Assembly (NCBI RefSeq): GCF_009914755.1
Contig: NC_060942.1
Length of the DNA: 64,000 bases
Reading direction: 5' to 3' (one strand)
Origin: the human T2T-CHM13v2.0 reference genome, Homo sapiens
The translations under genes and the position numbers were made by a program. Positions 1-14,439 of the stretch are shown piece after piece. The stretch's first letter is position 1, and each line of letters begins with the position of its first letter. The notes beneath the pieces are model-generated. The model was not told the DNA's origin. It saw nothing but the letters and a program-made list of their open reading frames with translations, and did no database searches.

Positions 1-180
1 GATTGTAAACTATCATGGCAGTGGTGGGAGTGTCATTTAGTATGAATATTAGATTATAATATGAAGTTAGAGATTCTTCAGAAGTCAAGTGAGCCACCAT
101 CTTGGATCCTACCAGTCTTAGCCAGTTTGGTCATGAGGGGGAACTTTTGACCTCAGGCATCCTGTTTCCTAAAGATATGC
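1..180. mobile_element. ERV1 (MER4-group) LTR fragment, truncated by the window start
   Basis: 'gtaaactatcatggcagtggtgggagtgtc...gccaccatcttgg' resembles a motif shared by MER4-group LTRs. Subfamily not resolved. Confidence 0.45.
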
Positions 181-186
181 AGAGTT

Positions 187-501
<315 letters not shown>

Positions 502-2557
502 CTAGGTCACATAGGCATTATACTGGGTAATACTAGACGCACTGCGCCTCCTGCCTCTCTAGCACGGTGAGATGCCCCATCTGAGCATACATCTGTAGCT
601 AGATTGCTGATGACTAAGTATAAAATACAACCATTTCCCAGACATGTGAACTGTATGGTTCACTGCAAAACTGATATGCTCCCTGTGATATTAATACACT
701 CACTCATATTTCACACTTTGTCAAAGAGAAAGCTGCGTATATATAAATTCAAACATACATACTTGATTGTTTTAAAATAATGACAGCAATATTGAAAGCA
801 CAGCTATTTAGTAATGAATAGCAAAAAGAGGATGCTGGAGGCTTTAATGGAAGAAGAAACATTATTACAACTTTGTCCTCAGGATCTCGCTTTTCATTAC
901 ATATCAGTCTGAAATAAATATCAGTCTAAAATAAATCAATTCCACCATATTCTTCTCTTTTTGCCTCTGGACAGGTTTTTACCAGATCCGTATATAATAC
1001 TTCATATTTTTACCAACTCTACTGCAAACAGGTGTTTATCCTCTTTGCGAAATGCTGCTTTAACATAGGTGCAGATTTAAAGAGTTTAATGTGATTTTAC
1101 GTTTTCTTATTATGAGGGAGGGATCATCCAATCATACACCTCATCTCTCAATCTCTCCTGGATACATATGGGAAATATTTCATTCACTGGTCGTTTGGTC
1201 CAGGGAACTGAAACTCATCCCCTTTCATGTGTTAATTCGGACTGATACCACATTAAATGGCTCGGGGGCCTTGGCTCTGGGGTTGCTGTGACCGCTAATG
1301 CTTTGTGTTGCTAAAACCCACACATCAAATGTGATGCCTTCATTTTGCAGTTATTCCCTAGCAAGTTTCCCTTTATGTATGAGATTTCACAAGCTTAGGT
1401 GCCTAATAAGAACTAGTAGAATCACGTGCACACATATACAAGTTAGGAGGAAGTGTTTAGGCACTATCTACCTGAATCTATTGCTATGTCTAAAAGGTCT
1501 TGTTCTGGATTTTTGAATCAGAATTATTAGTTTGATGTTGAGCCTTGTTCCTTCATGGTAGACTTTTGCCAAATGATGTGATTTGACATCTAAACCACTA
1601 GGAAGCATTTCATAGGTGACATACCAGTAGACAGCCTGTAATTCTGACTAAGTGACTCAATCAAGATTTGGCTTTTTTTTTTTTTTCCTACAACCTCCCA
1701 CCCACAAAAGTCTCAATATCATAGATTGAACTATAAATCTTGTCATGAAAAACAAAAGACAAAATAGAAAACAATTTTATAAATGTAAAATGGATCACTG
1801 TTAGAAAAGAAAAAATAAAAATTGGCATGGTCAGGAAAATACATAAATGGAAACTCCCTATTTTGGAAGGGATAATGATGGAGAACACTGTTCCAAAATA
1901 CAATACATAAATCCAAGGGAGTGTCTCCTGCCACCTGCCAGTGGCAGGCAGAAGTTTCCCTGTTGTACGGACTCCTTGCTTTAATCATATTATGGAAATT
2001 CTTATGATTGATTCTGCTGGGTAAATAAGGGTGTCCTTAAGTTTAACCCCATTGTCTGTACTCACTTCTTCTTTTGATTGTCAGTTTTCTATATTCTTAC
2101 TTTCCTCTCATGTTCTAAGCATTGGATGGTCTGGACCTATGAGATTTTAGAGCTTCTCAACGGACTTAATGACCAATTAAAGCTCTTTCTTAAACTGTAA
2201 ATTTTTGGCATGGGGATCTTGACTAAAATGTTTCCACTTACTTTAACCCTAGGTTTATGTCTACAAAAGCGTATGCCTGGGTAATCCTGGTTTCTTGAGG
2301 ATGCCATATGCCAAACAGTCAGTAATTGCATTTCTGTTGGTATTGTTGACCAATTCCCTCATATCTTACAGGTTTGGGTGCAGCAGGGATCCAGAAGGAA
2401 CTGCCAAAAATGACAGCTAGGAATTTGAGGGCATCTTTAGAACATTTGAAGTTTGGCATTTTAGTACAAATATTGTTATTGTTGCTAGTTTTAAATTTTG
2501 CCAAGGACATACCCTAAAGTACAATTAAACAAGGAAAACTAGAGATACCATGTATTT

Positions 2558-3318
2558 TGTTACTGACAGGTCTTTGTTCTTAGAGCTCCCAAGATGGCGG
2601 CAGGCCACTCCCAAGATGGCAGCAAGCCTTTTATTCTCTGACCTGGGGTTCTTGGCCTCATGGATTCCAAGGAATGGAAACTTGGGCCATGTGGTGAGTG
2701 TTACAGCTCTATTAGAAGCCATGGGTCACAGAAGAGAACCGTGGAATCCAGTGACTAGTGTTCAGCTTGATTAGGATGAACCCGGGCACTTAGCTGCTCA
2801 GGAACAATGGCGATCCTTTAGCCATATCGGGAGTGGCAATGGGCGACTTGCTGGATCAGGAGTGCAGCGAACACACTGCTGGATCTGGAGGGGTGGAAAT
2901 CAGCAGTGGGTCTGTGATGGCGGCAAACAGCAGTGGGGGACGGTGAGCAGAAGCTCAACTTGTGCCCTAACAAACACAGACCAGAAGAGCGTGCAGTTGC
3001 AAGATTTCATAGAGTGAAAACACAGCTCCCATACAATGAGAGGGGACCCAAAGGGGGTTGCCACTCCCAACTCGAATGCCTGGGGTTTATATCTCAATCA
3101 TTGTCCCTCCCCCTGTGCTCTCAGATGATAACTGATTTGACTATTTCTTTACCTCCTGCTTTTAGCCTAATTTGTATTTTAGTGAGCCCTCTACCTGATT
3201 GGTTGGGTGTGAGCTGAGTTTTACAAGTCCCGTGTTTAAAGGTGGGTGTGGTCACCTTCCCCAGCTAGGCTTGGGAATTCTTAGTTGGCCTAGGAAATCC
3301 AGCTAGTCCTGTCTCTCA
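2558..3318 (-). mobile_element. HERV-W (LTR17) solo LTR
   Basis: The reverse complement begins 'tgagagacaggactagctggatttcctaggcc' and ends '...gtaaca', as in LTR17. Perfect 4-bp TSD ATTT at 2554-2557 and 3319-3322. Confidence 0.93.
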
Positions 3319-3674
3319 ATTTCATAAGAGAAAAATCCTTCTAACAACCAAAAAAAAAAATATATTCTCAAAAAGTTTATTGAAAGGAAACAAATTGGAT
3401 ATAGTTTACAAAAAGTCACCAAATTTTAATTTTCTTAAGACAACAGGAGCTAATGAAAGCATCACCAATGACCCACTTCTAAAGACAGGAGGAAGAGATG
3501 TATGGGATGCAGATAGAGACATCTAAGGCAGGGAGGGGATCCAAACCAGCACAGAGATAGGAAATTCTGCTCATAAATGGGTGGGGAGTGAGAACGATGC
3601 AAGCCAGGGACCCCTGGCTGGTGATGCCCTACCTGGGCCTTGCTCAGCCATGCTATTATGCCCCAGCTCACCTA

Positions 3675-4192
3675 TGTTATAGCTTATACCAATCTGGCAG
3701 TTCCTGAGCTATTGTACCATGCCCAAGAACAATAAGGATGTGCTGTATATTGAACGGTGAGGAGGGCAAAGAAGAATTTTAGTGCATGATGAGACAGCTT
3801 TCAGTGGAGAGGGGGACATAGGGATGTTCCCCCTACCCAAAGGTGGGAAAGTCCCCCATGTGGCTGGGTCTGAGGTCTTCTATGGACTCAATGGGGAGTG
3901 CGCACTGATTGGTTGGTGAGTATGCAAAAATGGTCAAAGCAAAGATACCACTCAAAGGTGGGCATGACAGTGTAGAAAACCAATTAGGAAAGGGTAGGTA
4001 TTTTTGAAACAGGTGAAGGGTAGGGATCAATCAGAGGAAAGCACACCAAATGGAAGACAAGTTCTCAATCTAGTCTGAGGATTTAACTTGTAACTTGGCT
4101 TTCAGGCTTCAAACTGTCTTCAGCTCGGAGGTAGGGTTTCACTGGGGGCCCACCCCAGTCTGCCTAGGTATTTGGCTGACTCCTGTACTCTT
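3675..4192 (-). mobile_element. ERV1 LTR, MER61-like
   Basis: The reverse complement contains 'cagccaaatacctaggcagactggggtgggcccccagtgaaaccctacctcc...gaagacagtttgaagcctgaaagccaagttacaagttaaatcctc', matching the recalled MER61 5' region. Confidence 0.65.
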
Positions 4193-6843
4193 GAGAGGGA
4201 TGGCAGATGGCACGTTGTTTCAGCATCTGAAATATAATGTGGATGGGCAACTGGAAAGACAAAACAGCAGCAGTGGCATGAACAGAGCTTAGCACAGAGG
4301 GGACAACACACAAATCGTTGATGAATTTTTAAAATGTGGGAAATTGAACAATTCAAGCTATAGTCTGCATTTCAAAAAAGATATGTTTGCTTAAAAAAAC
4401 AAAAAACAACAAAATGACCCCTTCACCACAAAGGATCAGCCTATATCACACACAGGTACATGCAAACTGGCAAATTGTCATTATCGTCTTTCACAGGTTT
4501 TATGAATAAAAATGACCTATGAATATTTATATGATACCCTTTTTCTTATCACTTTTGGTGGTATTATGTAATGAAAATACCAGCTCAGGTGTTGTTATGG
4601 GCGACATTCATTAGTTTGTTGGGTTAACTATGAGGATGAGCTAATTACTTTTAAAATGTGCTTTTATCCAGTGATTCAACAGAAAATACCCATGCTCAAT
4701 AGCATTCGCTTGGTTAAGAAATGAAATTGGGCAAATAACTTATATAAATTAATGTTGGAAAATTATATTGAAGAGGGACTCATAACTTACTAAAAATCAC
4801 TAAAGAAAACTAATTTGGATTGAGTAAAATTTTCATACATTAAATTGAGTAACTGGTGAAAGTTTTATTTTTTTACATTACAAAAGAAGTAAACAATTTT
4901 AGTACTACAAGCACAGTCATAATCTTATTAAACATAAAAAGAATTGATATTATAAATTATAAGAAGAGATCATGCTTTGTAGCTTTTCATTATTTTTATC
5001 GAAGATCTGAATAGACGGATTTTCTTTTTAAAAAATGTTTTTTGCTTCAAACTTAGCTCTAATTCTCTTATATAATTGACATCAATCACACTTTTAATTA
5101 TCTTTATCGTATCAAATAAAGACATTTGGTAAATCTGAGGAAAGAATGAAATCCAGCCCAAACAAAATTTCGGTTTATTCTGTTATTTTTTGAAATCTCA
5201 ACTATGTTTTGTATTTTGAAAAATAAGCAAAGCCAAATTTCTTTCAAAAGGCAACTTTTAAGAATTTGCTGTTTTTAATTTGGATTAGGATTGAGAGCCA
5301 GCATGGTCCATGAAAGTGGTTTGAGAAGAAAAATAATCTGGTTTTCATAAGTAGAAACCTTGTTGAGTTAGGAGAAAATCACTCAGTATTTTAGAAATTG
5401 ATTGAAAATGATTGAATTTAGTTTGGAGCACTTTTTCTTTTCAATATGTAGGCTTACAAAATATAGCATTTATAATTCACCTCAGCTACCCTTCCTGATA
5501 TTATTTTTGTTTTATATTTTATGTGTGTTTCAATTAAATTTTGTAAGATCTTTCTTAGAATGTTATTTTCCCTTTCCAATGATCAATGTCTATGCCTTGC
5601 TTCTAAAAATATATACTTATTTCTCTAAATTGAGGTTGACAAGTTAATTGTGATTTCAGGTAGGAGGGAAGACAAGTATCTTCAGTACAACCAACAATTC
5701 ACTTTATTAATGTTTGTCTTCAAGGAGAGCACAAAGGATGCATCAGAAAGGCAGAAACACACATATTGTGCTCATCAAAGGTCTTAAAGGCCAGAGAAGA
5801 GAACTTGGCAGGAAAGTTATCATCCAAGTTCAATTATTTAATCTTAAAAAACATATGATTTAGTTAGATAGCCAAAACCTGGGTAGAACTCAGAATAGAT
5901 ACTATTTATTTTCAAAGCCTAAGGGCATGCATTTTCAGAAAACTCAGTGGCTTAAATAGTGCTTAAGAATTTACATTTAATTAAACTGGATGCAGGTAAT
6001 GGGGGTCTGGGTTTCGGCTGTCTCACATTATGTACTTGCTGCTCATTGTGCCCAAAGGCAAAGCTCCATTTAAATTCAACAGATCTTAGCAACTACTGAA
6101 CACTGTTGGGCTGAGAATTTGATAGTGTATCAGGCTGGGAACTTACGCCTCTGGGTAAAGATAGGCCAGAATTCTGTGAGTGTTAGCAATGATCACCAGC
6201 AATCAGGCAGAAACCCTAGTCTCCCAAAATTGTAGAGTGGGGAGGGTATTCAGTGAGCTGATCCACTTAGTATTTACAGAAAAAGAAACACATGGCTTCT
6301 GAAACTCCAATGAAGAGAACACATGGGCTTAAGATAGCTATGTTTTAAAGAAAATAAAATGATGTGAACTTTCCTTGGTTCTGAAATAAAGTTGAACTTA
6401 ATGATCCCTAATGATCTTTCTCTATAAAATATCACAATTCCAGGAAAAATCTTCTTAAATTTTCTGATACAATTAGACACTGATCTCTAATCTTTGTGGT
6501 GGTTGTAGTTCACTAAATGCCACATGAATATGAATCCACATTTTTGTAAAGAATTTGCTAGAATTTGCAGATGTTATAGGTGAAAACATCAATTGGAGTA
6601 CAAATGTATTAGGGTAAATAAAGGGCAAAAAGATGGTAGTTTTTAGGGAGGGGGAACAGTACAGAATGGCACATGAGATGACTCTTGACATTCTGTATGC
6701 AAAGTGGGTCTCATCTGGATTATCAACTGTCACAAACCAGGGATCATGGTGGATTCCACAGTATCACATGGTATGGATTAAGGATATACTTCACAGGGGA
6801 CAGTGGAAACTTAAAAGTTATATGTCGGGAAGAAAAGACAATG

Positions 6844-7368
6844 TGTGATGGTTAATTGTGTGTGTCAGTTTGACTGGTACACAGTGTGCCCAGATATTTG
6901 GCCAGACATCATTCTTGGTATATCTGTGAGGTTGTTTTTGGTTGAGATTAACAGTTGAGTCAGTCAACTGAGTAAAGCAGATTGCCATCCCTAGTGTGGG
7001 TGGGCTTCATGTAATCAATTGAAAGCCTGAATAGAACAAAAAGGCTGAGTCAATGAAAACTCTGCCTGCCTAACTGCTTCAGCTGGATATTGGTCTTTTC
7101 TGGCCTTCAGACCAGACTGCAATGATGCTGCAACAATGACTCATCTTCTGTCTTGAGGCTGCTAGCTTTCAAATTGGAACTTTTACTATCATCTCTCCTG
7201 ATATTCAGGCCTTCAGACTTGGACTGAAACTACACATAGGCTCTCCTGGGTCTCCAGCTTGCCCACTGCAGATCTTGGTACTTCATAACCATTACAATAG
7301 CATGAATGAATTCCTCATAAGAATAAATCCTATTGGATCTGTTTCTCTGGAGAACCCTGACTAATACA
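6844..7368 (+). mobile_element. ERVL LTR, MLT2 family solo LTR
   Basis: Starts 'tgtgatggttaatt' and ends 'ctggagaaccctgactaataca'. Internal 'agtaaagcagattgcc...gtgggtgggc' is typical of MLT2. Confidence 0.88.
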
Positions 7369-8484
7369 CATAGGTGTACCCTGTTCTTTCATTCTCCTAG
7401 AGGTGAGCCACAGCTAAGATATCGTGGGTTTGTGTTGCAGTGCAGGGATCCTGCCTGCCATACCTCTCCTAGCCCTGTGAGTCAAGCACAAGGTCAACCT
7501 CATCAGTGAAGGAACAAACAAAATATTGGGAGCCAGCCAGTCTGGAGTGGGATAGGGCCTATACATAGAATTTTCTGAGATACCAGTAGCCTGACTCCTG
7601 GAGACCTTGTGACCCATGACAAGTTTCCATCTTGACTGCTGTGAGGAGGAAGACACAAGCAGCTGAGCTTAGGTGCAGTCTCTCCTCTGGGAGAAAGAGA
7701 ACTCTGACACCTCCTCTTTCAGGCAACGCAAAGAGAGCACCAGGGTCTCTTCCATACAATCTTGATCCTTGTATCACAAACTGATGATCTATGAATAGCA
7801 CCATGAAAAATGTAGTCTTGCATACAAGAAAAGGTTAAGATAGAAAATAAAGATTGCTAAATAATAGGCAAAAAACATTTAGTATTTACTCAAATGTAAT
7901 ACGCTTCCTCCCAAAATTATAGTTCATAAATTTGTATTGAAAAGTAATTGGAAATATAAACTATTTAATTAGAATTCATAGGCTATAGAATATCAAAAAG
8001 CCTTTCTTAAACTCAGTTATGATGGGAAATGCATAGATTTTTCAGCAAGTAATAAAATGAAGATAGGATTACATTGGAAAGAGCAAATTGTGCATGATTC
8101 TCTGAATGGAGGAAAACAGAAGCAAGATTAGTTAAGACGTTGGTACAGTGAGTGATTAGGACCCTGGAATGAGGTGGTGATGGCTAAAAAAAATGAGGCT
8201 ATATTTCTGAGTTGCTTGAAAGACAATGGGTCATTCAAATGTGGTGACTCATTATAAATGGATGGAGAGAAATCAAATATAACTTCAACATTGCAAAAGT
8301 GGGCAACAAGAAAAAATAGGGACATCAAACGGGGTGGGCTAGGGGTATCTATTGTAGGCCAAATATAGTAAAAGACTTTATGATGAGAGATACCATCCAA
8401 ATAAAATGAAATACAGGCTTAATAATTTTGGTGAAATATGGACTGATTAGCATTTGTTTAATGAGTAGAAAGTTAGGTAATTGA

Positions 8485-8924
8485 CATGAATTGTGTCCCC
8501 TCAAAATACATGTGTTGAAGCCCTATCCCTCAATGTGGCTGTATTTGGAAATAGGGCCTATAAGGAGTTGATAAATGTTACATGAGGTCATAAGAGTGGG
8601 TCCCTAATCCGATAGGTCCAGGGCCCTTATTAAAAGAGGAAGAGATAGTAGAGCGCTCACTTGCGCTTGCCTTCTCACACGTACACACACACACACACAC
8701 ACACGTTCTCTCTCCACGTCCCACCACCCCCCTGCCCCCCTGTCCCCACCAATGTGAGGACACTGTGAGAAGGCAGCCACTTGCAAAGAGAATAGAGCCC
8801 TTACCAGGAACCAAGTTTGCTGACACCTTCAACTTGGACTTCCAGAGCTGTGAGAAATTAATTTCTGCTGTTGAAGCCACTCAGTTGCTAGTGTTTTGTT
8901 ATGGCAGCCAGAGCTGATTAACAC
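8485..8924 (+). mobile_element. MaLR LTR, MLT1A/B-like, with internal (CA)n
   Basis: Contains 'gaattgtgtcccctcaaaat...gtatttggaaatagggcc' and 'ttccagagctgtgagaaattaatttctg...gttatggcagcc'. (CA)n at about 8684-8704. Confidence 0.85.
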
Positions 8925-9269
8925 AGTAACTTTCATGTTTACAAAACAAAATAATTATGTTTTACCCTAATTATTGTATTTGAGGCATAAAAGCTAAAAC
9001 ATCAATAAATCATAAGTAATAATGATTTATTAGATAACTATGATATATCTCCAATGATATAGGACATGTTATATAAATATCTTGCAAAAGACATCGACAA
9101 CTCCAGCTGGATTTGCTTTAGAAATGTTTAGCTTTGGAATTACATGGAATGACAGAATGTGTCCAAAGGCCACCAGTTTGCACATTTACAACAGAGAACA
9201 ACTTTATTAGGCTACAGATAGTGACCTAACGTAACAAAAAAGAGATAAACCAACCAATTAGTGAATAAT

Positions 9270-9445
9270 AAGTAATAGCAACTGATAATTATTGTGCCCT
9301 TGCATTGTGTCAGATATTTTCTAAGCACCTCACATGTATCTGTTTCGGAAACTTCTGTGCTAGGGAGATACTATTATTAATCCCATTTTTAAGATGAAAA
9401 ACTAAGGCACAGTGAATCAGTAACTTGGTCACACTCACACAGCTG
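9270..9445 (-). mobile_element. MIR SINE remnant
   Basis: Diverged MIR core 'cccatttttaagatgaaaaactaaggcacag'. Confidence 0.7.
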
Positions 9446-10880
9446 TGAAGGAAATGAGTAGTAGTGAATGACAAAAATGCTGGCAATTCATAGGTCCAGC
9501 CATTGTCATGCAGGAAAAAGGGGAAATTTTTATAAACATTGGTTGAAAAGTTATACTGAACTGAAGGAACTTATAAGGCACAACACGGTCTAACTCTCCA
9601 GTCAACGAAAACATTCCTCTCTCAGCTGCTCTGGTGGGTCATCCAGGCTCACAGTGAATGTTCCCGGCAAGAAAGTGCCTTCCTGCTTTCCAAAGAAGTC
9701 CTTTTCAAGGTGGCGGAGCACTGAATAGTACAGAATTCATCAGTATATTGAGTTCAGATCCTATCTATAACTTAGGTACTTTTGTTTTCCTGTTTTAAAG
9801 ATAACATTAAGAACCTGCTGTTTTTTCCTCTATAGAATCTGGCATTTACAGCACTTTCTCATCGATCACACCACTGAGTGTTACCATTCCTATTTTACAG
9901 AGGGAAATGTGAGGCTGAGAAAGTTTGGACAACATAGCCATGGCAGTTTATAACTCAAAGTATATGGATGGATGACACTCGCTAGAGAGTTGCAACAGCC
10001 GATGCAGCTGTCCCCAGGCCCCAAACTCACTTATATTTCCTGAAACACCAGGAAAAGCATCTTTTATTTTTATATGAGAGCCCTAAGAGATTATTTTCAT
10101 CTTATTCAAAAATGAAAAGATTTTATTTAATTAAAAAATCTATTTCTATTATCTTAGAACTTTTGCTTCTCAGTGTCAAATATTTTTGGTTACCTCAGTT
10201 ACTTTTTGCAAGGTACAGTTTTCAAATCCCATTTCATCCTGATTGTCCTTCCCTGAATTATTTAAGTGTAGTTTAGCTACACTTAAAGCACAGTATTCGC
10301 TAAAATTGGAAATAATGTTCCAGACGTTATATTACATTGACCATTATATCCCTTGATCCAAATTATTTATTGTTGACAATTATTACTTAAGATAATAAAG
10401 AATAAACTTCTACCAGAAATACCAGAAAATCAATATATACATATGTAAGAATGGAAAAATGAATAATATAAATTATTTACTATTCCATTGATCAGGCCAA
10501 TCACTTTTTGTGTAATATTTCTTGATTTGTTTTCTATGAATATTTTTATAATATCTGCCTTTATATTACATTGATTATTTTGAGTTCTGCTTTTCTTCCT
10601 TTGCCTCAATAGCATCGAAATTTTATAGATACTCACAAACTCTGAGAATATGATTTTAATGCCAGTCCTTCAGTAGTCATCTTTATAGAAAATGCTAAGT
10701 TAATTATAAAATTATAAATGATTTGGTGATTAGTATCTTTGTAAATATTTTGCTACCTTCTCATATTTTAAATTATTAGGTACATATTTTCATAATTGAG
10801 ATTTCTGGCTTGAAAAGTATTTGAGAATTATAGAATCTTTTAAGTCAGTCTCTCTTCCTCTTTCTAATATATATTTTCAT

Positions 10881-11059
10881 CTTAATGAGTGATGACAATG
10901 ATTTTTTTCAAAAAGAAAAAATGAAAACGTATTTGCCTAATGTGTATGTACACGCATGCATACATAGACACCCACATATTTCTTAACACTGCATTTTTAG
11001 AAAATTCAAACTTGGATATTTTCTTTAGGAAAACTCCCAATCTGAAATATAAAATGTTT
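10881..11059 (+). repeat. Local duplication pair A, copy 1 (partner 13530-13727)
   Basis: Shares 'cttaatgagtgatga', 'tttgcctaatgtgtatgtaca', 'catttttagaaaatt' and 'tgaaatataaaatgttt' in the same order as the partner. Confidence 0.9.
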
Positions 11060-11086
11060 ATATATATATATGTGTGTGTGTGTGTA
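11060..11086. repeat. (TA)n(TG)n microsatellite
   Basis: Directly visible. Confidence 0.9.
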
Positions 11087-11362
11087 TAATTTATGTGAAT
11101 ACATATAAATATACACATATAATGAAATACAGTACTCAAGGAGACCAAAAAGAGAATGAGGGTAAAGCCAGCTTGTGGAATGCTTTGCATACTATGCTAA
11201 GTGGATTGTTACGCCATTGATAAATTTTAAGCGTCATGGATAAATATGAAATGCTACATGTCATTGTTTTGAAGAGGTAGTGATGATAGTTTCCTAAGTC
11301 TAATTTTATGCTGCTGGAGAAAACAGAATGATTAGAATTCTTATTTATGCCTACAGAAAAGA

Positions 11363-11706
11363 AGCTGGGCACAGGGGCTCATGCCTGTAATCCCAGCACT
11401 TTGGGAAGCCAAGGCAGGAGGATTACTTGAACCCAGGAGTTGGAGACTCACCTGGGCAACATATAGTAAGACCCTGTCTCTACAAAAAATTTAAAAATTA
11501 GCTGAGTATGGTGACAAAAAATTTAAAAATTAGCTGAGTGTAGTGGTGCATGCCTGTGATCCCAGCTACTCGGGAGGCTGAGAGAGGAGGATTGCTTGAG
11601 CCCAGGAGGTCAAGGCTGCAGCGAGCTATGTCTGTGCCACTGTACTCCAGCCTCGGCAACAGAATGAGACCCTGTCTCAAAAAGTAAAAAAAAAAAAAAA
11701 AAAAAA
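11363..11706 (+). mobile_element. AluJ with an internal 32-bp tandem duplication
   Basis: J-type motif 'ggattgcttgagcccaggaggtcaaggctgcag'. The linker is duplicated at 11482-11545. Long A tail; flanking 'aaaagaag'. Confidence 0.92.
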
Positions 11707-12989
11707 TTTAAAAAGAAGATGAAAAGAATATATATCAAATAGGCAGCATTTTGGCAATTAGAGCCATTTGTAAAATGGGTGAATCATGAATCCTATTCAT
11801 AGTTTTATGCTTACTGAGCTTATTGATGCAAATGGCCTGCTCTGGGATACTAAAAGATATAAAATTGAATGAAATAAGGAACCCAAAACAGGTGAAGGAG
11901 AAAGATCATTAGATCAATGGTCACCAAACGTTTTATTTAGGTAGCATCTGAGATTCTATTGGACTATCTGTACATTCCACTCTTCATGTGCTAAACACAT
12001 ACTTGGTCATCAAAACATTCAGGGAATAACATGCTAGGAAATGCATAACACAGCTAAATTGAAAGAGTAATGGGCATCAAAGCCATTTGGTGCAATAAAG
12101 AATCATTACCTCCATGACAGTGGCTAGTTAGAGAACAGATACAAAAAGTTAGAGACTTGAATCATTCTATCAATTACATCTAAGACTTGCATTCTTAATT
12201 TTTTGTATTTTTCTAAGGTGATTCATGGAGAGAATTAGCTTGTGACTTAACACTACGGAGTTAGGCAAATAAGCATTTAAGTGAACATCATAAAACTGGA
12301 GGGGTTACAAAAGAGATAGGAGATATAATCTCTAAACTTAGAGAAGTTTACAGTCGTTTTACAGAAATATTTTGCATGTAGGTAACCCCTGATTAACAAT
12401 ACAATCAAGTGCTGTGTTGTGTGGGTCAATATGAGCTATAGTATCAAAATAAAAGTGAAGAAACCAACAAGACAAAGAGCTAATCACCCTCCTCTTCCCA
12501 AATTAATCTTCCTCATTGGTTCTAAAATATGCTTTCACTGGTAAAATCCAGCAATGTCATTTTCCGAGCTTGCAGGGAAAAAAATAAATTAATAATTTTC
12601 TCAATTATAAAGATTGTGCCTAAAAGTTTTTCTTAAAGTTTTGTTGTCTACAACTTCCTGACTAGATTAGAATGAAATGGAAGATATTACATAAATTAGC
12701 TGAAAATTATATATCTGGTTATTTTAAGTTTATTATATTTTTATTTCATGATGTCTGCAAAGAACATAATGATTCATGTGGTCTTACACTTAAAGCTTAA
12801 ATGGGACCACTTTGTATGGTGCAGTTTAAGAGACCATGTGTTTTTGTGTTTGAAAAAAGATAAAAGACCTGTTTATTAATCTCTTATAATCCAGACGTCA
12901 GTTGTTAGTGAGGTGTGTTGTCTTATTTAGTATGTTTTTGAGTAAACCTAAACCTAATTCTCCTTTTATATAGCATGATTAACTTGTGA

Positions 12990-13287
<298 letters not shown>

Positions 13288-13529
13288 AACTTGTGAACTT
13301 TCATATTATTTTTTCAACGTGGGAGTGAGCATGATTGTTGGGTAAATAATTTCCTGTGGACACATTTGGTTTCATTCACCCCACTTGACATTCCATTGCT
13401 AAAGTAGACTTAGATACAGCAGTCCTCCCATGAATTTAATATATGGGAAGGTTAACAAGCAGAGTAAATGACCAAGTATTTGTGGTGATTGAAGTTGCCA
13501 AGTTCCAGGAATACATAAGCCAGAAGCAC

Positions 13530-13727
13530 CTTAATGAGTGATGAAACTGATGATGATTTTCCTCAAAAAGAAAAAACGATGAAAATGTCTTTGCCTAATG
13601 TGTATGTACATGCATGCATTTATAAAAGCACCCCCAAACACGTTCCTAACAATACATTTTTAGAAAATTTACACATGGATTTTTTTATTTAAAAAAGAAG
13701 ACTCCAAATGTGAAATATAAAATGTTT
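13530..13727 (+). repeat. Local duplication pair A, copy 2
   Basis: Colinear similarity to 10881-11059, with indels. Confidence 0.9.
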
Positions 13728-14439
13728 TTAATGTTTTTGTAACCTAGCCATACATTCATGTTTTTTTTCTCAATTTCTAGAGCTCGTGGGTCCATCCAAA
13801 ATTATACTGAATTATACTGTTTAATTTAGCCCATTCAGATAGGCTACAGAATTGAACAGGATGAAAAGGGCAGCAGTATGATGCATCCAACAAGCGGCCG
13901 ACCAGAAATTCTGACCTCCAGATGCAGCATTAAGTTCAAATAGGATCAGTAACCACATTAGGAGGGTCACCAGATAGAGAAGAGAGGTGATACATCCCAG
14001 AGTTGATTGTGAACATCTTAGCTCAGGCACACAGAAATCAACTTACTATCATTGTTCAAGTCTAACCTCAGAGACACTAGCAATTAGAAGTTAGGAATTC
14101 AGGGTAGAACACTGGAAAACGAAGAGCCTGGAACCTCCCTTCCAAAATCTTTTTGTTAGTGAACAGCCTATTCTCCACCTTCCCTGAACTCTGAACAGCT
14201 GAACTCACCTGGAGAAAAAAAATTGCAACATCTGGGACCCTTATCTCAAGGCAACCCTAAGAAGTGGGTTTACTCTGTTTTCGTGCTGAATTTGTTCTCT
14301 CATTTTATGACGTTATTTCATAGTTTCTCTTCTCTTCTCTAAACTCTAATACTCTTTCTTCTTTCCTCTTCCTTATCTACTACATTCATTTTCTAGTTAC
14401 CAAAGAAAGTGAAGAAATCAGAAAAAAGAATGCTGTCAT

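Noticed and set aside
901-936. 18-bp tandem duplication (similar short tandems near 54650, 57128 and 57845)
   Set aside because: Ordinary slippage-type duplications, common genome-wide.
3675-4192. Possible p53 response element in the MER61-like LTR
   Set aside because: Only an imperfect half-site ('gggcatgaca') is visible; there is no paired RRRCWWGYYY.
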